From: Intoshia linei
Lineage: Eukaryota > Animalia > Orthonectida
NCBI GenBank assembly: GCA_001642005.1
Contig: LWCA01000212.1
Location: 1 to 40,498 of the forward strand
Direction: 5' to 3'
Length of the DNA: 40,498 bases
This document shows, piece by piece, positions 1 through 12,528 of this stretch. The notes under the pieces were generated by a model. The model was not told the DNA's origin. It searched no databases and saw only the letters and a list, made by a program, of their open reading frames with translations. Every line of letters starts with the position of its first letter. Position 1 is the stretch's first letter. The translations under genes were made by a program, and so were the position numbers.

Positions 1-254
1 ATATACACGCTTTTATTTGCCTTATTCTCCCAATGTGAACATATGAAATGTGAAATAACTACAATTGGTAATTACCTAAAATTATATATGGTAAAAAATA
101 TGCAAGTATGTATTAACTTCCCAAATTTTTGGAAAAATCGAAGCCAAAAAATTAGAAAAATTTGTCTGGGAGTATATGGGTTAATTATTATAAATGTCTG
201 TATAGCCTTGCAGCATATCAAAAATACAATATTGATTATACTGGAAAACTGAAA

Positions 255-1725
255 ATGAATTCCATTGATTATAAGAAATATTTTTTTGAAGAAAAGTGTC
301 AAAATCTAACATTTTTAATGAAAATTGAGTCGGATTTTAATTTCTTTATGAATGATAATGAGTACTTTTTAGATTATTAATTTATTAATTTTAATTATTA
401 GCCATAATAAATTGGATTACAACGAAAGTTTATCGTGTTCACGCCACATACGCATGCTTATATGTAAATTAGCAGAGTGTTGGGGCTTGAAATGCCAGAA
501 TAATGTTGAATGTGCCTCTGTAACGATTTTAAAATGTGATTATTGCAAAGTGTAATTAATATTTATTCATAAAAATATATAATGGTTTCTGTTTTAATTA
601 ATAAATCTTGAATTATTCACTATATGAGTTAAGCAATATATGAGTTTTTAGTAATCGAACTATGTTTTACCTTAACCGTTTTTATTTACCTTTGTAAAAT
701 TCCAAACATTGACGCTCAGTCATAATAAGAAAAAATTTAAATTTCTACTTCAATGTAAAAATATTGGTATTTTTATAAATTATTTAAATATCATGTACTT
801 GATTATAAATAAAATTTTAGACTAAATTTTTGCATCAAAGATTTAATTGAAGAAACTCAAAAAATACAAGTAAAAGAGACAAATCAGTCTAAAATTTTGG
901 AAATAGATACGATCCCTTTCGACGAAAACACAAATGTATTTTTTACAATATTTATAGTTTTAAATATAATTAGAATCAAAACGAAGCTAAAATAGAAAAT
1001 TCACAAAAAAATTTGAAGGAACATGAAGTAATCAATGATAAGACACGATTCTTGGAAGAAAAAAATAAGGTACTTTGATTTAAAAATTAATTAATTAATT
1101 AATTTGCAGGATACTAAAAGTGAAGCTAATTCAATGGATAGAAATGAAATTAACAAAGGGATCGTAATCGGTGAGACTTCAAAGGATGAAATTCCAAATA
1201 ATTCAATCATGATAAACCCTAATACACTTAAGCCGTTTATAAACGACGACGGAACAATCAAAGAGTTTGATAATATTTGATTTGATATATGATATTTGAT
1301 AAAGGTATAATAACCGAGAAAATGAAAGCACATTGTTACATACAGATGAATCGACGTTGAATGGAGATACAAATTTTTGCAGTTCTGAGGATCTGCAAAA
1401 TTATTATAAAATGCAACAGATGCCTCCGAGTTTGAATTTTTACCCTGAACTGTTGTATAATAGCTACCTTGATACACTATTATACCTAATTTATAATGCC
1501 CTCATCATTGCCCCATATGTGAGTCCCTTAAATCAATATGTTAATGATCATGTTGTGTTACCTCCAAATAACATAGTTAATGAAAACTTCCCGGTTGTGT
1601 TTAAATCGATTACAACTGAAACGAAAAAAAGCCCTGACAATATTATTTTTAAAAACGATAAACAAATGGCTAGAAACAAAATAATATTTATAAAAATCAT
1701 TGCAAAAATCAAGAATGTCGAGTGA
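255..1725 (+). CDS. R3H-domain protein, encore/R3HDM/ARPP21-like (multi-exon; 5' and 3' ends uncertain)
   Basis: Exons 255-361, 402-551, 821-935, 974-1069, 1110-1264 and 1305-1725 splice in frame at GT-AG introns, mostly about 40 nt. The peptide MNSIDYKKYFFEEKCQNLTFLMKIESDFNFFMNDN...SRHIRMLICKLAECWGLKCQNNVECASVTILK parallels the R3HDM/ARPP21 R3H region (LLKLEQEIxDFI...YHRMLLHRVAAYFGL). PNNSIMINPNTLKPFINDDGT matches the family motif ILxNPxTGQPFVNPDGT. The frame is open upstream to about 156. Disrupted coding-like sequence continues at 1838-2130. Confidence 0.75.
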
Positions 1726-2180
1726 TGGTACTATTTATATTTATTTGTGATATAATGTCCTATTCAGTAGATTTCTTTATAAAACATAATTAATTAATAT
1801 TTAAAAAAAATAATTTTTATTTGATAAATTTTTTTAGAAAGGAATAATTCAATAAAATATATTGAAATTTGTTCACTGAATAATGAAGTCATAGATGAAA
1901 AAATCTTCAAAAAAAGATTAAAAATTTAAAAATGGATACTAAAAATTGGTCAACTCTAAGACTCTAGGAAAAAAATCAACATGGGATTCAAAAGAACAGA
2001 TATATTATTGAGTATTCGAATGATAAACCCAATATAGACACGTGGAAGAAGATTATTGGATTTAAAATATTATTGTGTGGGGACATCAGTGTGGACTATA
2101 TAGTCACGCCAATGTCATATAATATATAAAATAAAAATTTATAATTAAATGTGTTTATGTGTGTAATCTTTAGTAAGGAA

Positions 2181-2330
2181 TCCTTAAGATAGTGTATAAA
2201 GTAATTTAGTTAAAATGCATGTTTGTTTATTTTTCTATCTGTTTGTATGTCTGTTTCACTTCAATTAACAAAGTAAGACGAGTCAAGGTTTAAAAATTCT
2301 AATTTCTATAACAGTTTTTCGAGAGTGATG
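2181..2330 (+). mobile_element. Terminal fragment of a related putative Helitron subfamily
   Basis: Begins A|TCCTTAAG and carries TGTTTGTATGTCTGTTT microsatellite-like sequence. It is similar to the reverse complement of about 4290-4437. Confidence 0.45.
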
Positions 2331-2382
2331 TTTTATTGCATTTTTTATTTACATAAATTGAATTTTTCTTTAAAATTATAAA

Positions 2383-3690
2383 ATAAAGTCTATTATTCCA
2401 TCTTAATTTTTTGTTAGTTAACATTTGCGTAAATAATTTTAAAAAAAATTGTTATCCCATTTTTTTAATTTATTAGACAGAATGTGTGTATAATAATTAA
2501 AAATAAAGTAAAAACAGTCCAATCCTAAAAATTGTCATAAATAGCATAAATTCCAAAAAAATAAAATTACTCCAATCCTAAAAATTGTCATAAATAGCAT
2601 AAATTCCGGAAAAATAAAATTATAAAAACCTATTTTGTCATTTTCAATGTTATGATATATATTTAGTACCAATTTAATAAATACTTTAAAATACCAATTA
2701 TGTATCAATGATTAACCGATTCTTCATTATATAAAAATATTTTAGTCGAATTTTACCAAATTTGCAAAGTATTGTAATAAATATAAAAATGATATTATCA
2801 AAGTTGTATGACTTTTATAAATTCGTTGCTGTAGTGCTATAATTTAAATTTTATACAAAATGTTTTAAAAATGAGAATTTGTAATTTAAAAATTGGGTGG
2901 TAATGAAAAAAATTCCAAAGGAATGAATTATATAGTTTTTCACCCATATTTCTTTATGTAAAATGTGTAGACGTACAATGTACATTTTTTTGAAATTGCA
3001 GAATCAATATTTACATTTTCAATTTTTATTTTAATCACAATATTTGAAAAATATAGGTTGATAATATATTAAAAATTATTTTTCACCGGGAATGCGTAGA
3101 TTCTCGGGTTGAAATTTTTTATTTATATCAACTGGAATAAGCTCTATCAGAATTATCTTTTTATTTAATTTTCGGACCATTAATTATTTCACATTTTTTG
3201 TTTTAATAAAATAGTTCGAAAAAAAATATATGAACACTAAAATGCTTTTTTGACCGTGAAGTCGTCACTTATTCGGATTGAAATTTTGTATGTGTGTTAA
3301 CAGGATACAACTGTACCACCTGTAATTTTTTTTTAATTCTATGGCTGTTTTCATTTAAAAAAGAAGGGTAATTTGGGGTTTTGGCCCTGAAGATATAATT
3401 TTTTTAAATTTAAATTCATGATAACGTTTATGATTTTAAAATCCGTATAAGCGTGTATATTTTTTTTAAATTCTACAACTTGTTTGATTTTCAAAAAGAA
3501 AGACAACTGGGGTTTTTGACCCGTAAGATGTGAAATTGGGAGGTTGAAATTTATCTTAATATACGTCCCGAAAAAAACTGTAATTGAAATGTTGTCTTTA
3601 AAAAATTCTAAGACGCGTAGTTATTTAAATAAAGTTGAACACACAGACACATACAAACAAAAATCGCGTAGCCTTTTATATAAGTTAAGA
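2383..3690 (-). mobile_element. Interspersed repeat family A, putative non-autonomous Helitron (longest copy)
   Basis: Shares long near-identical blocks with 19955-20832 (inverted), 23526-23973, 24270-25267 and 34680-35430 (inverted). The common end reads A|TC(C/T)TTA..TTATATAA followed by TTTGTNTGTGT, like the 5'-TC ends of non-autonomous Helitrons. It has an internal tandem duplication of about 53 bp at 2518-2622. No 3' CTRR end was found. Confidence 0.7.
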
Positions 3691-4179
3691 TGTATTTTAA
3701 AGTTAATTGAATTGTGCTAATGTTTTTTGAGAATTGAGAATGTTTAATAACGGCATATTATTTTTCACATATCAAAGCATACTGTCTGCTCATGTGCTAT
3801 TTATTTTTTTTTGAACAGACCTAATGTACATAATGTATATAAGTAAGGATGTTTATTTTTATTATTCAAATTTGGTTTAAAAATATTTAAAGTTTATAGA
3901 AATTCGGTTTTACCTTAATTATATTCTTTGGGCTTAGTTTAAGTATTTAAGATTAAGTGTTAGTTTTTTTTCCTAAATTTAGTAAATGGTATTTTTAAAA
4001 AAAAAAATTAGAAAAAGTTGATTTCTCTCTTAAGAGATGGTAAACTTGGATTTTTCAATTAAGATTTAGTTATTATTAGCAAAAATATTTTTTACTGAGA
4101 AACAATTTTTAAAGGCTTAAATATTTTGAGATATAAAATTATCATAATATTGATGAATTTAATACTTTTTAATAGAATG

Positions 4180-4437
4180 TGTATTTTTTATAATTCGAAA
4201 ACAGGTTTGAATTTCAAAAAAAAGGACAATTGGAGTTTTTTATCTTGAAGGACTCAATTTTTGAAAATGGAATTTGCGATGACACGAGTCTCGAAAAATT
4301 GTAATATGAATATTGAATTTTGAAAACTAGAATCCTCTTACTTTCTTAAATAAATGGGATCAAACAAACAAACAGACATACAAATAATTAACATTATAAA
4401 TATATACAAAAATAACTAAATAATTTTAAAGTAAGGA
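4180..4437 (-). mobile_element. Diverged family-A-related terminal fragment
   Basis: Ends with AAACAAACAGACATACAAA...AAGTAAGGAT, the same terminal signature as family A. The internal part resembles 3480-3640. Confidence 0.5.
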
Positions 4438-5042
4438 TTTATTTTTCTAATAGAATTAAAAAAGTTCACCACGTCAGAGCTAGCTGCTGTTTGTACCAAG
4501 TATATCACAATCAAGCTAGAGTAATATGTAGTTTGACAATTAAAAATAGTGCGGTTACTATTTGTACAAAGTGCGTTCGTAACTATACTGTATTAGAATT
4601 TCTGGCTTATAATTAATTTAATTATAATTATAATTAAACTCTGCATCTGATAACATTGCGCTTGATGTCTACGACAACGAATAAACATCACGGGTTAATG
4701 AAATGTAGCACGGCAACAAAGTTATTCAGCGGTGAAAATTTTAAACAATTTATTTATAGAATGTGATACAAACTGTTTGTAGCAAACACCAAAATTCAAA
4801 TCTGAAAATTACATGTAGAAAAAATCAAAAATGAAATTTAAAAGAATTTTAAAATTCATGACATCATTACTACAAAAGAGGAAACGTATATATAATACAC
4901 CAGAAAAAATCATTTTAAATCCAACGTAATATTAAAATTTTTACATTCAATTTTTATGGTTATATAATTGTTTAGAACAAAACTTGAACAATTTTTGAAA
5001 AATAAAAATATGTATTATGGAACAGGATTCTATTTTTTCGTA

Positions 5043-5285
5043 ATTTAAATAATTATTTAATAGTATATAATATAGATGTTCTCTATTTATATAGTCATGT
5101 TTGCATTTAATATGGTCATATTTAAATTTAATATAGTCATAATTACTATAACTAATAATAAACATAATGAATATATTAAAATCAAATATGATCATATTAA
5201 ATGCAAACATTACTATATCAAATACAAACATGAATATATAAATGGAGAACATCTATATTAGATACTATTAAATAATTATTTAAAA
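5043..5285. repeat. Fold-back (long inverted repeat) element with about 21-bp modular subrepeats
   Basis: Arms of about 95-120 bp flank a short spacer. ATTTAAATAATTATTTAATAGTAT.TAATATAGATGTTCTC on the left is mirrored on the right. The subrepeat is ATATAGTCATGTTTGCATTTA-like. The ORF track gives near-identical peptides on both strands (MFSIYI..MFAFNM). Confidence 0.8.
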
Positions 5286-7154
5286 TATCTGCTTATAATT
5301 ATATATATAAAGTCTTTTAGTTTGATGAAGAATGCAAAGACTACGTTAAAGTGAAACCTAATCACAACGAAAATTTACTCAACTGGTTTTCAGAATATGA
5401 AAAGTTGATTAAAAAACCCCGAAATGAATTGTGGCATGTAGATTGTTCATGTTCATTTTGTTGTCATTTTAAACTCCAGGCACTGTTGGGACTTATATAG
5501 ATTATATAAATACCTTTGTAATTTTATTGTTTTATTTTTTAAATAAAAAGTTTTTTAATATTTTGAATACTTTCTTATTTTCTTAGACTCTTTAATTTTC
5601 AAATTGCAGAAAAATGTTAATGTATTAAAATATTGTTTATATTTAAAATACTGATTTGTTTTTTAATGTTTTGCGTTATTTACATTTTTTTTCAATTTAA
5701 ATTTTAAAATAAAATGATGAAATGTGCAATATTGATATTTGCTATATTCAGAATTCACTGTGACAATTACATTCTAAATAGAGATGAGGAACTGAATTTT
5801 GTACACCGAAAAAGTAGAAACTCGTTTATTGAAGGATATGATAAATATTACTTAAATATTGGATACATAAAAAATAGTATGACTAGATTGGAAGAAAGTT
5901 TTATGTAATTTTAATGTAATAAGCCATAATATGTACGGAACCCATTAAGAAATTTTTTTAGCTCACCAAGATGCAAAAATGTATACAATTTAAAAAATTG
6001 TAACTTATAAAAAAACTAAAAAATAATTAATTTTAGATTACATTCGTAATGGATTCAATAATTAATATAAATTTAAATTTTTTTAAAAAAATAAATTTAG
6101 TTTACGCAGACAAATTTTACTGTCCCAAAACATGCCACAATTCTAAATATCAAAATGTTAAAATTAAACATAAAGATAACCACCATGTGTTTGAATGTTT
6201 AAGTGAAGCAAGTCTATGTAGCAATGGACCTCATTGTTGTATTACGTTCGGTATAAATTTTGAATGTATAATTTTGTGCAAATACAAAATTTAATTTTCT
6301 TTAATTCTGAGATATTTTCTAGTTATAAAGGAAACTGATACAAATGTAGCATCGTTTCGATATGGAACAAAAGTATTCTCAGCCATGACAGAAATGGACA
6401 TATATTCTAGGTTTTACGGGTTAAACGACGAAAATGTTAATGTACCTACAACCAATATTTATTTTATTAATGATATTGGACTGGATGCAACTATTGCGTT
6501 TAAATTTATTTATCCAGTGCACGTCAGAAAAATATGCTTCTATAAAGCTCATGCTCTTAGTAGTATGTATGTTCGATTTTATACTAAATTTGCCATCCAT
6601 CCAATACTTGAATTTCGTTTGGTAATTTTTGTAAATCAGATACATTAAATAACAACTCCTTATAGTTGTTCTGAACCGCCAAATTTGTTTGGTCATAGAT
6701 ATCAAAATATATGAAATAATAATGACAATAACATTTAGATATTCCTACATTATATAGATAAATAGGGATCAGTAATTCTCTTTTGGGGTCTATTGACCCC
6801 TGGACAGTAGTAGATCTAAGTGGGGTGCAGGGCGCTCCAATGGCGTGACAAATGTACCGTAAAATATTTTAATTTGTGTATTAACATTGCGAAAAATTAA
6901 AACAATTTTCTAGGACCAATTTTTTACGCTTTACATTATCATTATTATTTTTGTATGTATATAATTATCATTTATCATTACTCTATGTATTATTTTTTAT
7001 GTTAGTAATATCAATTTAAGTTAAATTATCGGACTTAACGTAGTACATTTGCAAAAAAGAACTTGCCAAAAATGTCGATTTTGATACGGTTGAAAAACTC
7101 AACAGTGTTTGAATGTTCAACATTGAAAAGTTTAGTAGAATGAAAACTAGAATG

Positions 7155-7885
7155 AACAACAACGTCTTAATTAAAAAAAATAAATAAAAATCTTTTTTTT
7201 CCAATATTTTTTTGAAAAACACGATTTTACTTACTCTTACGGGAAAAATCCTTTTTCCAATATTTTTTTGAAAAATTCGATTTTACCCAATCTTACGAGC
7301 CAACAACGTCTCAATCAAAAAACCTAAATAAAAAATCAAATCTTACCAACCATTAAGGGAAAATCCCTGTTTTCCAATATTTTTTTGAAAAACGCGATTT
7401 TACCGAATCTTACAAGCCACAACTTCTTAATCTAAAATGCAAAATAAAAAATCCTTTTTATCAATTTTTTTTGAAAAATTCGATTTTACCAATCATAAAG
7501 GGAAAATCCCTTTTTTCCAATATATTTTTGAAAAACATGATTTTACTAAATCTTATAAACAACAACGTCTTAACCAAAAAACCTAAATAAAAAATCAAAT
7601 TTTACCGACCATTAAGGGTAAATCCCATTTTTTCCAATATTTTTTTTAAAAACGCGATTTTACTTACCCTTACGGGAAAAATCCGATCTTATCAAATCTT
7701 ATGAGCAGCAACTTCTTAATCTAAAATAAAAAATCCAATTTTACTAAATCTTATGAATCAACAACGTTTACCAACTTTTATTAAGTTTATTAAGGGAAAA
7801 TCCCTTTTTTCCAATATATTTTTAAAAAACACGATTTTACTAAACCTAAAGGGAAAAATCTTTTTCCAAAATTTTTTTGAAGAAA
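7155..7885. repeat. Degenerate tandem (minisatellite-like) array in a long intron
   Basis: About 8 copies of TTTTCCAATATTTTTTTGAAAAAC(A/G)CGATTTTAC alternate with AACAACGTCTTAA..AAAAA.CTAAATAAAAAATC and CATTAAGGGAAAATCCC modules. Related motifs occur at 18535-18690 and, inverted, at 18730-18815 and 3975-4060. A hAT-like end (CAGTAATTCTC...GGGGTC) lies upstream at 6770. Confidence 0.8.
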
Positions 7886-10800
7886 ACCATGCGTCTTAAA
7901 TTTAAAATAACGCGAGCGATCACGTGTTAAAGAAAATATATCAATGTATATTTATGAAATGATGAATGATTCATTACGTTTTAAGTTAAATTTTTCAACC
8001 TATTTCATCAACCTATAATATTTTTTCATAGATTCCAAGATTCATTTCGATGACTTTGACGACCATCCATCATTTGGAATATATCCAGTGGATGAATTGT
8101 TTTTTTGAGCAGTCAACTTTTTATATTGGTTGGAGGGTTGATTACTTGGTTATGACCCGTGCTGTAAATGGTCAAAATCAATATTACCATATGCTTGGTT
8201 GTTTTCTTGATTGGACTGATATGAATACTGGTCATTAGTTCCGAACTGATATCCATATTCTGAGGTCTTCGAAATTTTTGTATTTTCATTAATTAATTGA
8301 GTATTACAAAGACTGTACTCTTGAATATAATATATTATGTTATTAAATTTAAAATGTCAAATCAAGAGACTCGCAGAGGTGGGTAGAATTACAGTGGTTT
8401 ATTTTTTATATATTGGTTTTTTTAGTTATTCGTCACCTATAGATCTGATCCAAGTGTTGTATGCAGTATAGATTTTAGTGTCTACGAAATTGATTACATA
8501 TTATTCAGTTTATGTGAAACTAAAGTAATGTCAAAGCCTAGTGCTCAGGAATTGGTTATTATTGGAGATTTTTACATCAAGGGTTATTTATTTAAATGTC
8601 ATTGACGTTCGATTGCAAATTGTGTACCAACATATATTGCATACGTAAGCACTTGTAGCATTTAGAAACTTTTCCGTGATTTTTATTTGGCAACATAACA
8701 AAAATGCTCTCAAAAACTTACAGTATACCCAACACAGTTCCGAATCTACCGTATCGATCCCCTCCCCCTTTTAGAGCCTAAATACAATTTTTATAAAATG
8801 GGGTGTCATTTTTCCAAATTGAGCATTCAATATTATATTTTTGAATATCATAACTATTTTGTTGGTTAAATATAAAATATCAAATCAAGTGTCTTAGAGA
8901 GATTATTAAAGACTATATAAAACTACGGATTGCCTGTGTCAAAAATTTTCAGGAGCCTATTATTATTTTTGGGTGGCCTCGATCTTAATAGGTGCGGCTA
9001 TGTCCGTATAACATTTTGATATATGATAATCAAGACAAATGTAAACACCAACCACTAACTTGTGTTTCTGGTAATACTGGTGCTAACCCCAGGTGAATTA
9101 TCTTTCTTATGATGTGTGTGATCAACTCACAACGATATTATGGTAAATTGAACCAATTCTGTGATATGGATTCGATATATTTATAAATAAAGACTATTAA
9201 ATATCCGTTCAGAGCCGAACCTGTCTTCACCGAGTCCCTCTCGGGGATCGACGAAATCTTTCCAAATAAGTTTTTAAAAAAAATGTTTTTGAATATCAAC
9301 CATTTTGTGTCAAATTTAATTTTGTGTTTAAACTGTCAAATTCTCGAGTCCACATACGTGGAGAGATGTAATTATGGCTATATAGCATTATGCATCGATT
9401 TCTAATTTTTTAGGGTTGTTTTTGATTTTTAGGAACCTCTAGGTAGGTTCGGAACTTCGCATCTGTATCCGTGGTTGTTATCGACGGTCTATGGATCTAA
9501 ACTTATATAATTTTGATAATACTTTTAGACTTTGTCTATCTCGGTTGTTACGATTTAAAAAATACACTAATAGATTTGCAACCAACAAAATTTAAGTCCA
9601 ACGATTCAAATATTCATTGCAATCTTCATAGTGTTACAGAATGCTACAATGAATGTTTTCAAGAAAAAAATAAATCCAGTAAATTATTTTAAAAAAGTTA
9701 AAAAAATATAACATGAACACTTACAATGCCTCGATTAATTCAGAAATAAATAAAATCTCGGCTGCCAGACTAAAAAATAATTTTCTTTGGGTAACACTAT
9801 AAAGTAAAGCAGTGTTCACAAAAGTGGATGAAGCAAGATAATTTAAATTTTTCTAATACTAGTAGTCTGCATTCCAAACTATTATAAAGTAATATTTACA
9901 AGAAAGTTTTTTAACGGGGCATCGTGATCTTTTTCACTCTGAAGATGTAGCTAAAAACAGTTTGGAGGCCACTGTAGTAAAGCATAAGTGATTGGTTTTC
10001 GAAAATATATCACATCAAGTGTTCATTTGAGTAAAAAAAAGATTATTTTTTAATTTATATATCATTTCTTGAAAATTCACTTTTTCCATGTTTTCCGTGG
10101 ATAATTGATATATAGTTTTAATAAATATAATGTAGGAGAATATACTATTTTTACAATAAGCAATCAAGCCTGTGACTGTCATTGTGGGAATATAATGTTT
10201 GAAAAAGTTGATATGTCCCAAGAATGTACTTTTTCCTGTATCAATCAAAGTAGCCTTTCGTGTGGTGGTTTTGATCAAATTGCTGCAATTTACATGTTTA
10301 ATAACGGTGAGTATTATATTTTATACAACAATAATAAGAAACTTTGGAATATATGAGTAGTTTTTAACTCTGTTGGTATATTTATACAAAGAGATAGTTT
10401 TTGAAATGAGAATAACAATTGCTGATAAAAAAAAATTAAATAAAATTCAAATGTAAACCTATTCAACACCAATTCATTAATAAAACTAGAATATTGACAA
10501 CCGGTTGTATACAAAGGATATTTTCAATATTAAATATACTTTTCAGATTATAATCAAGACAAGTCAAAATATTTCAATAATGTGTTGCATTCTTCAAAAT
10601 TTCCAAATAAATTAGATAAAAAAAGAAATATAAATATTGGTGGAATGTTAGATTTCAATTCAAAAAATTATAATTTTATCGACATTACAAAAGACAAGGT
10701 AAATAACGCAAATCGATTTATGATAACGATAATACAAATACACGTAATGTGAAAATGAAGATTACTTGTTTATTAAAAAATACAATTGCGCCAAAATTAA

Positions 10801-12528
10801 TGTAATCAGTTTAATGATAAGTTATTCAAAAACAGTACTTTAGAAATTCCAAAATACATTTGATATTTTTATCTATAAAAAATAAAAAATTTTATTAATT
10901 GGATAATTTAATTAATAAAATTTACAATTCCAAAAAAATTACGCTATTTAAAAAAATCATTTAATTTAATGACAGGTAATATTTTTAAACTGTTTATCGT
11001 TATCTAAAATTGTTCACGAAATTATTTATTATTTTTATTTATCAATTTTTTTAATTAGATGCAACCAATTCATGTAATCTTAAACGAAAATGTCGATGCA
11101 AAATGTTTATACATATATTTTGAGTTTGATATACCCGTTTTACAATATGGGGATATAACTGCAAGAGTACAATTAAATATAGGAAATAAACGTTTCACAA
11201 AAGTAAATTCATTAGATTGATAGTTATTAAATCAGATGGATACATAGCACCAATCTATTAATAATAATTTCTTTACATTAGTTTAATTTTAATTTTAGTA
11301 TACAACGAGTAAGGAATATTCAGGATATAATACAGCTTCATATGCAGCCGTATATTTTGATTTGGAAAACTACTCGTTTAAGGAATTTTCGTTGAATTTT
11401 GATATGCAATTAAGCCGAGTGCTGTTTTCTGGGACCTATTATTTCAAAAATATTAATATTTACCACATGATATTATTCGAAGATGTCATGTCCGATAGAA
11501 ATTTAAGTAAGTATTGATACATTTCTCGTTTGAATAAAATACACCCTCCATATTTTAACTTTTTAGCAAAAATAATTAATCATTTTGATTAATAATATGC
11601 GTAAAACTAAATTGCAAAAATGTAATTTATTGTCAACTATAGTATCACACATTTCTTAAGTTTACTTGAACAGAGTTAGCAACCCTATCCTTGCTTAAAA
11701 CTGTAATTATACATATAATATATTTGTAAACATAATTAATATAGAAAGAAACAATCCTTGTTTTAATTACAATATGGATCCATATTGTCAGAATCAGAGC
11801 TTGTGCAAGGTTTCAAGAATAAATAATTTATTATAGCAGTGATGGCCAAAATAAGACCGTTGAAAAGCATACATTAAATTTAAATTGTTTATACCTAAAT
11901 ATTCTAAATACCTATTGATTAATATTATTAGTAATAGCTAAGTAATTTTTCTAACTATAAAGAATTTGTAAGTTTATTATGTGTCATATTGAATTTCGTG
12001 TATAATTATTTATTCATCGTGTAGCTCAGGCATTTTAAACCCTTTTTCGCTGTGGACCCCCAAAAAAATTAATAATAATAACAATTTTTAATGAATCATT
12101 ACATATGGGTGAAACGAATGATGGTAAAAAGACATGGAGTATTCTATTTTTGCAAGATAATATACTTTATGAACTATTAATATTAACCTTCAACCCGTCA
12201 ATGTTCCCAAAATAGAACATGTTTTTCAGGTATTGTTTACAGTGCATTATTAATTTTTTACTAAATATTTTATCAGATCAATAAAAAGTATATATTATCT
12301 ATCTTCCCTGTGAAAAATCCCTTGGTTGAGGTTTCATAGAATCATGAATATTGACTGATTTTTTGTCCCATTTTCAATTTGAAATTTAAAGCTTTTTTTA
12401 TTATAACTAGAAATTTGGCTCGGTCATAAATTTTAATAAAATAATTAAATAAAACCGCTGCTCCTAAAATAGAACAATGGAGGTTTCTGAATAAGTTTTT
12501 ACACTTGTAAGTAATTTAATTTAATATT

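Noticed and set aside
4947-5261. Two overlapping antisense ORFs with similar hydrophobic peptides
   Set aside because: They are a by-product of the fold-back palindrome, with no splice or homology support.
7155-7885. CRISPR-like appearance of the repeat array
   Set aside because: The repeats are degenerate, the intervening segments are themselves repeated, there are no cas genes, and the context is a eukaryotic intron.
8236-8605. Stop-codon reassignment or selenocysteine readthrough to explain the in-frame TAG and TGA
   Set aside because: The conserved genes here have no internal stops and end normally at TGA, TAG or TAA. Exon phase shows the TGA at 8603 is better explained by a frameshift.
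8930-9500. Possible solo LTR or ncRNA in the GC-richer intronic stretch
   Set aside because: No clear TG...CA boundaries with a TSD, and no recognisable RNA motif.
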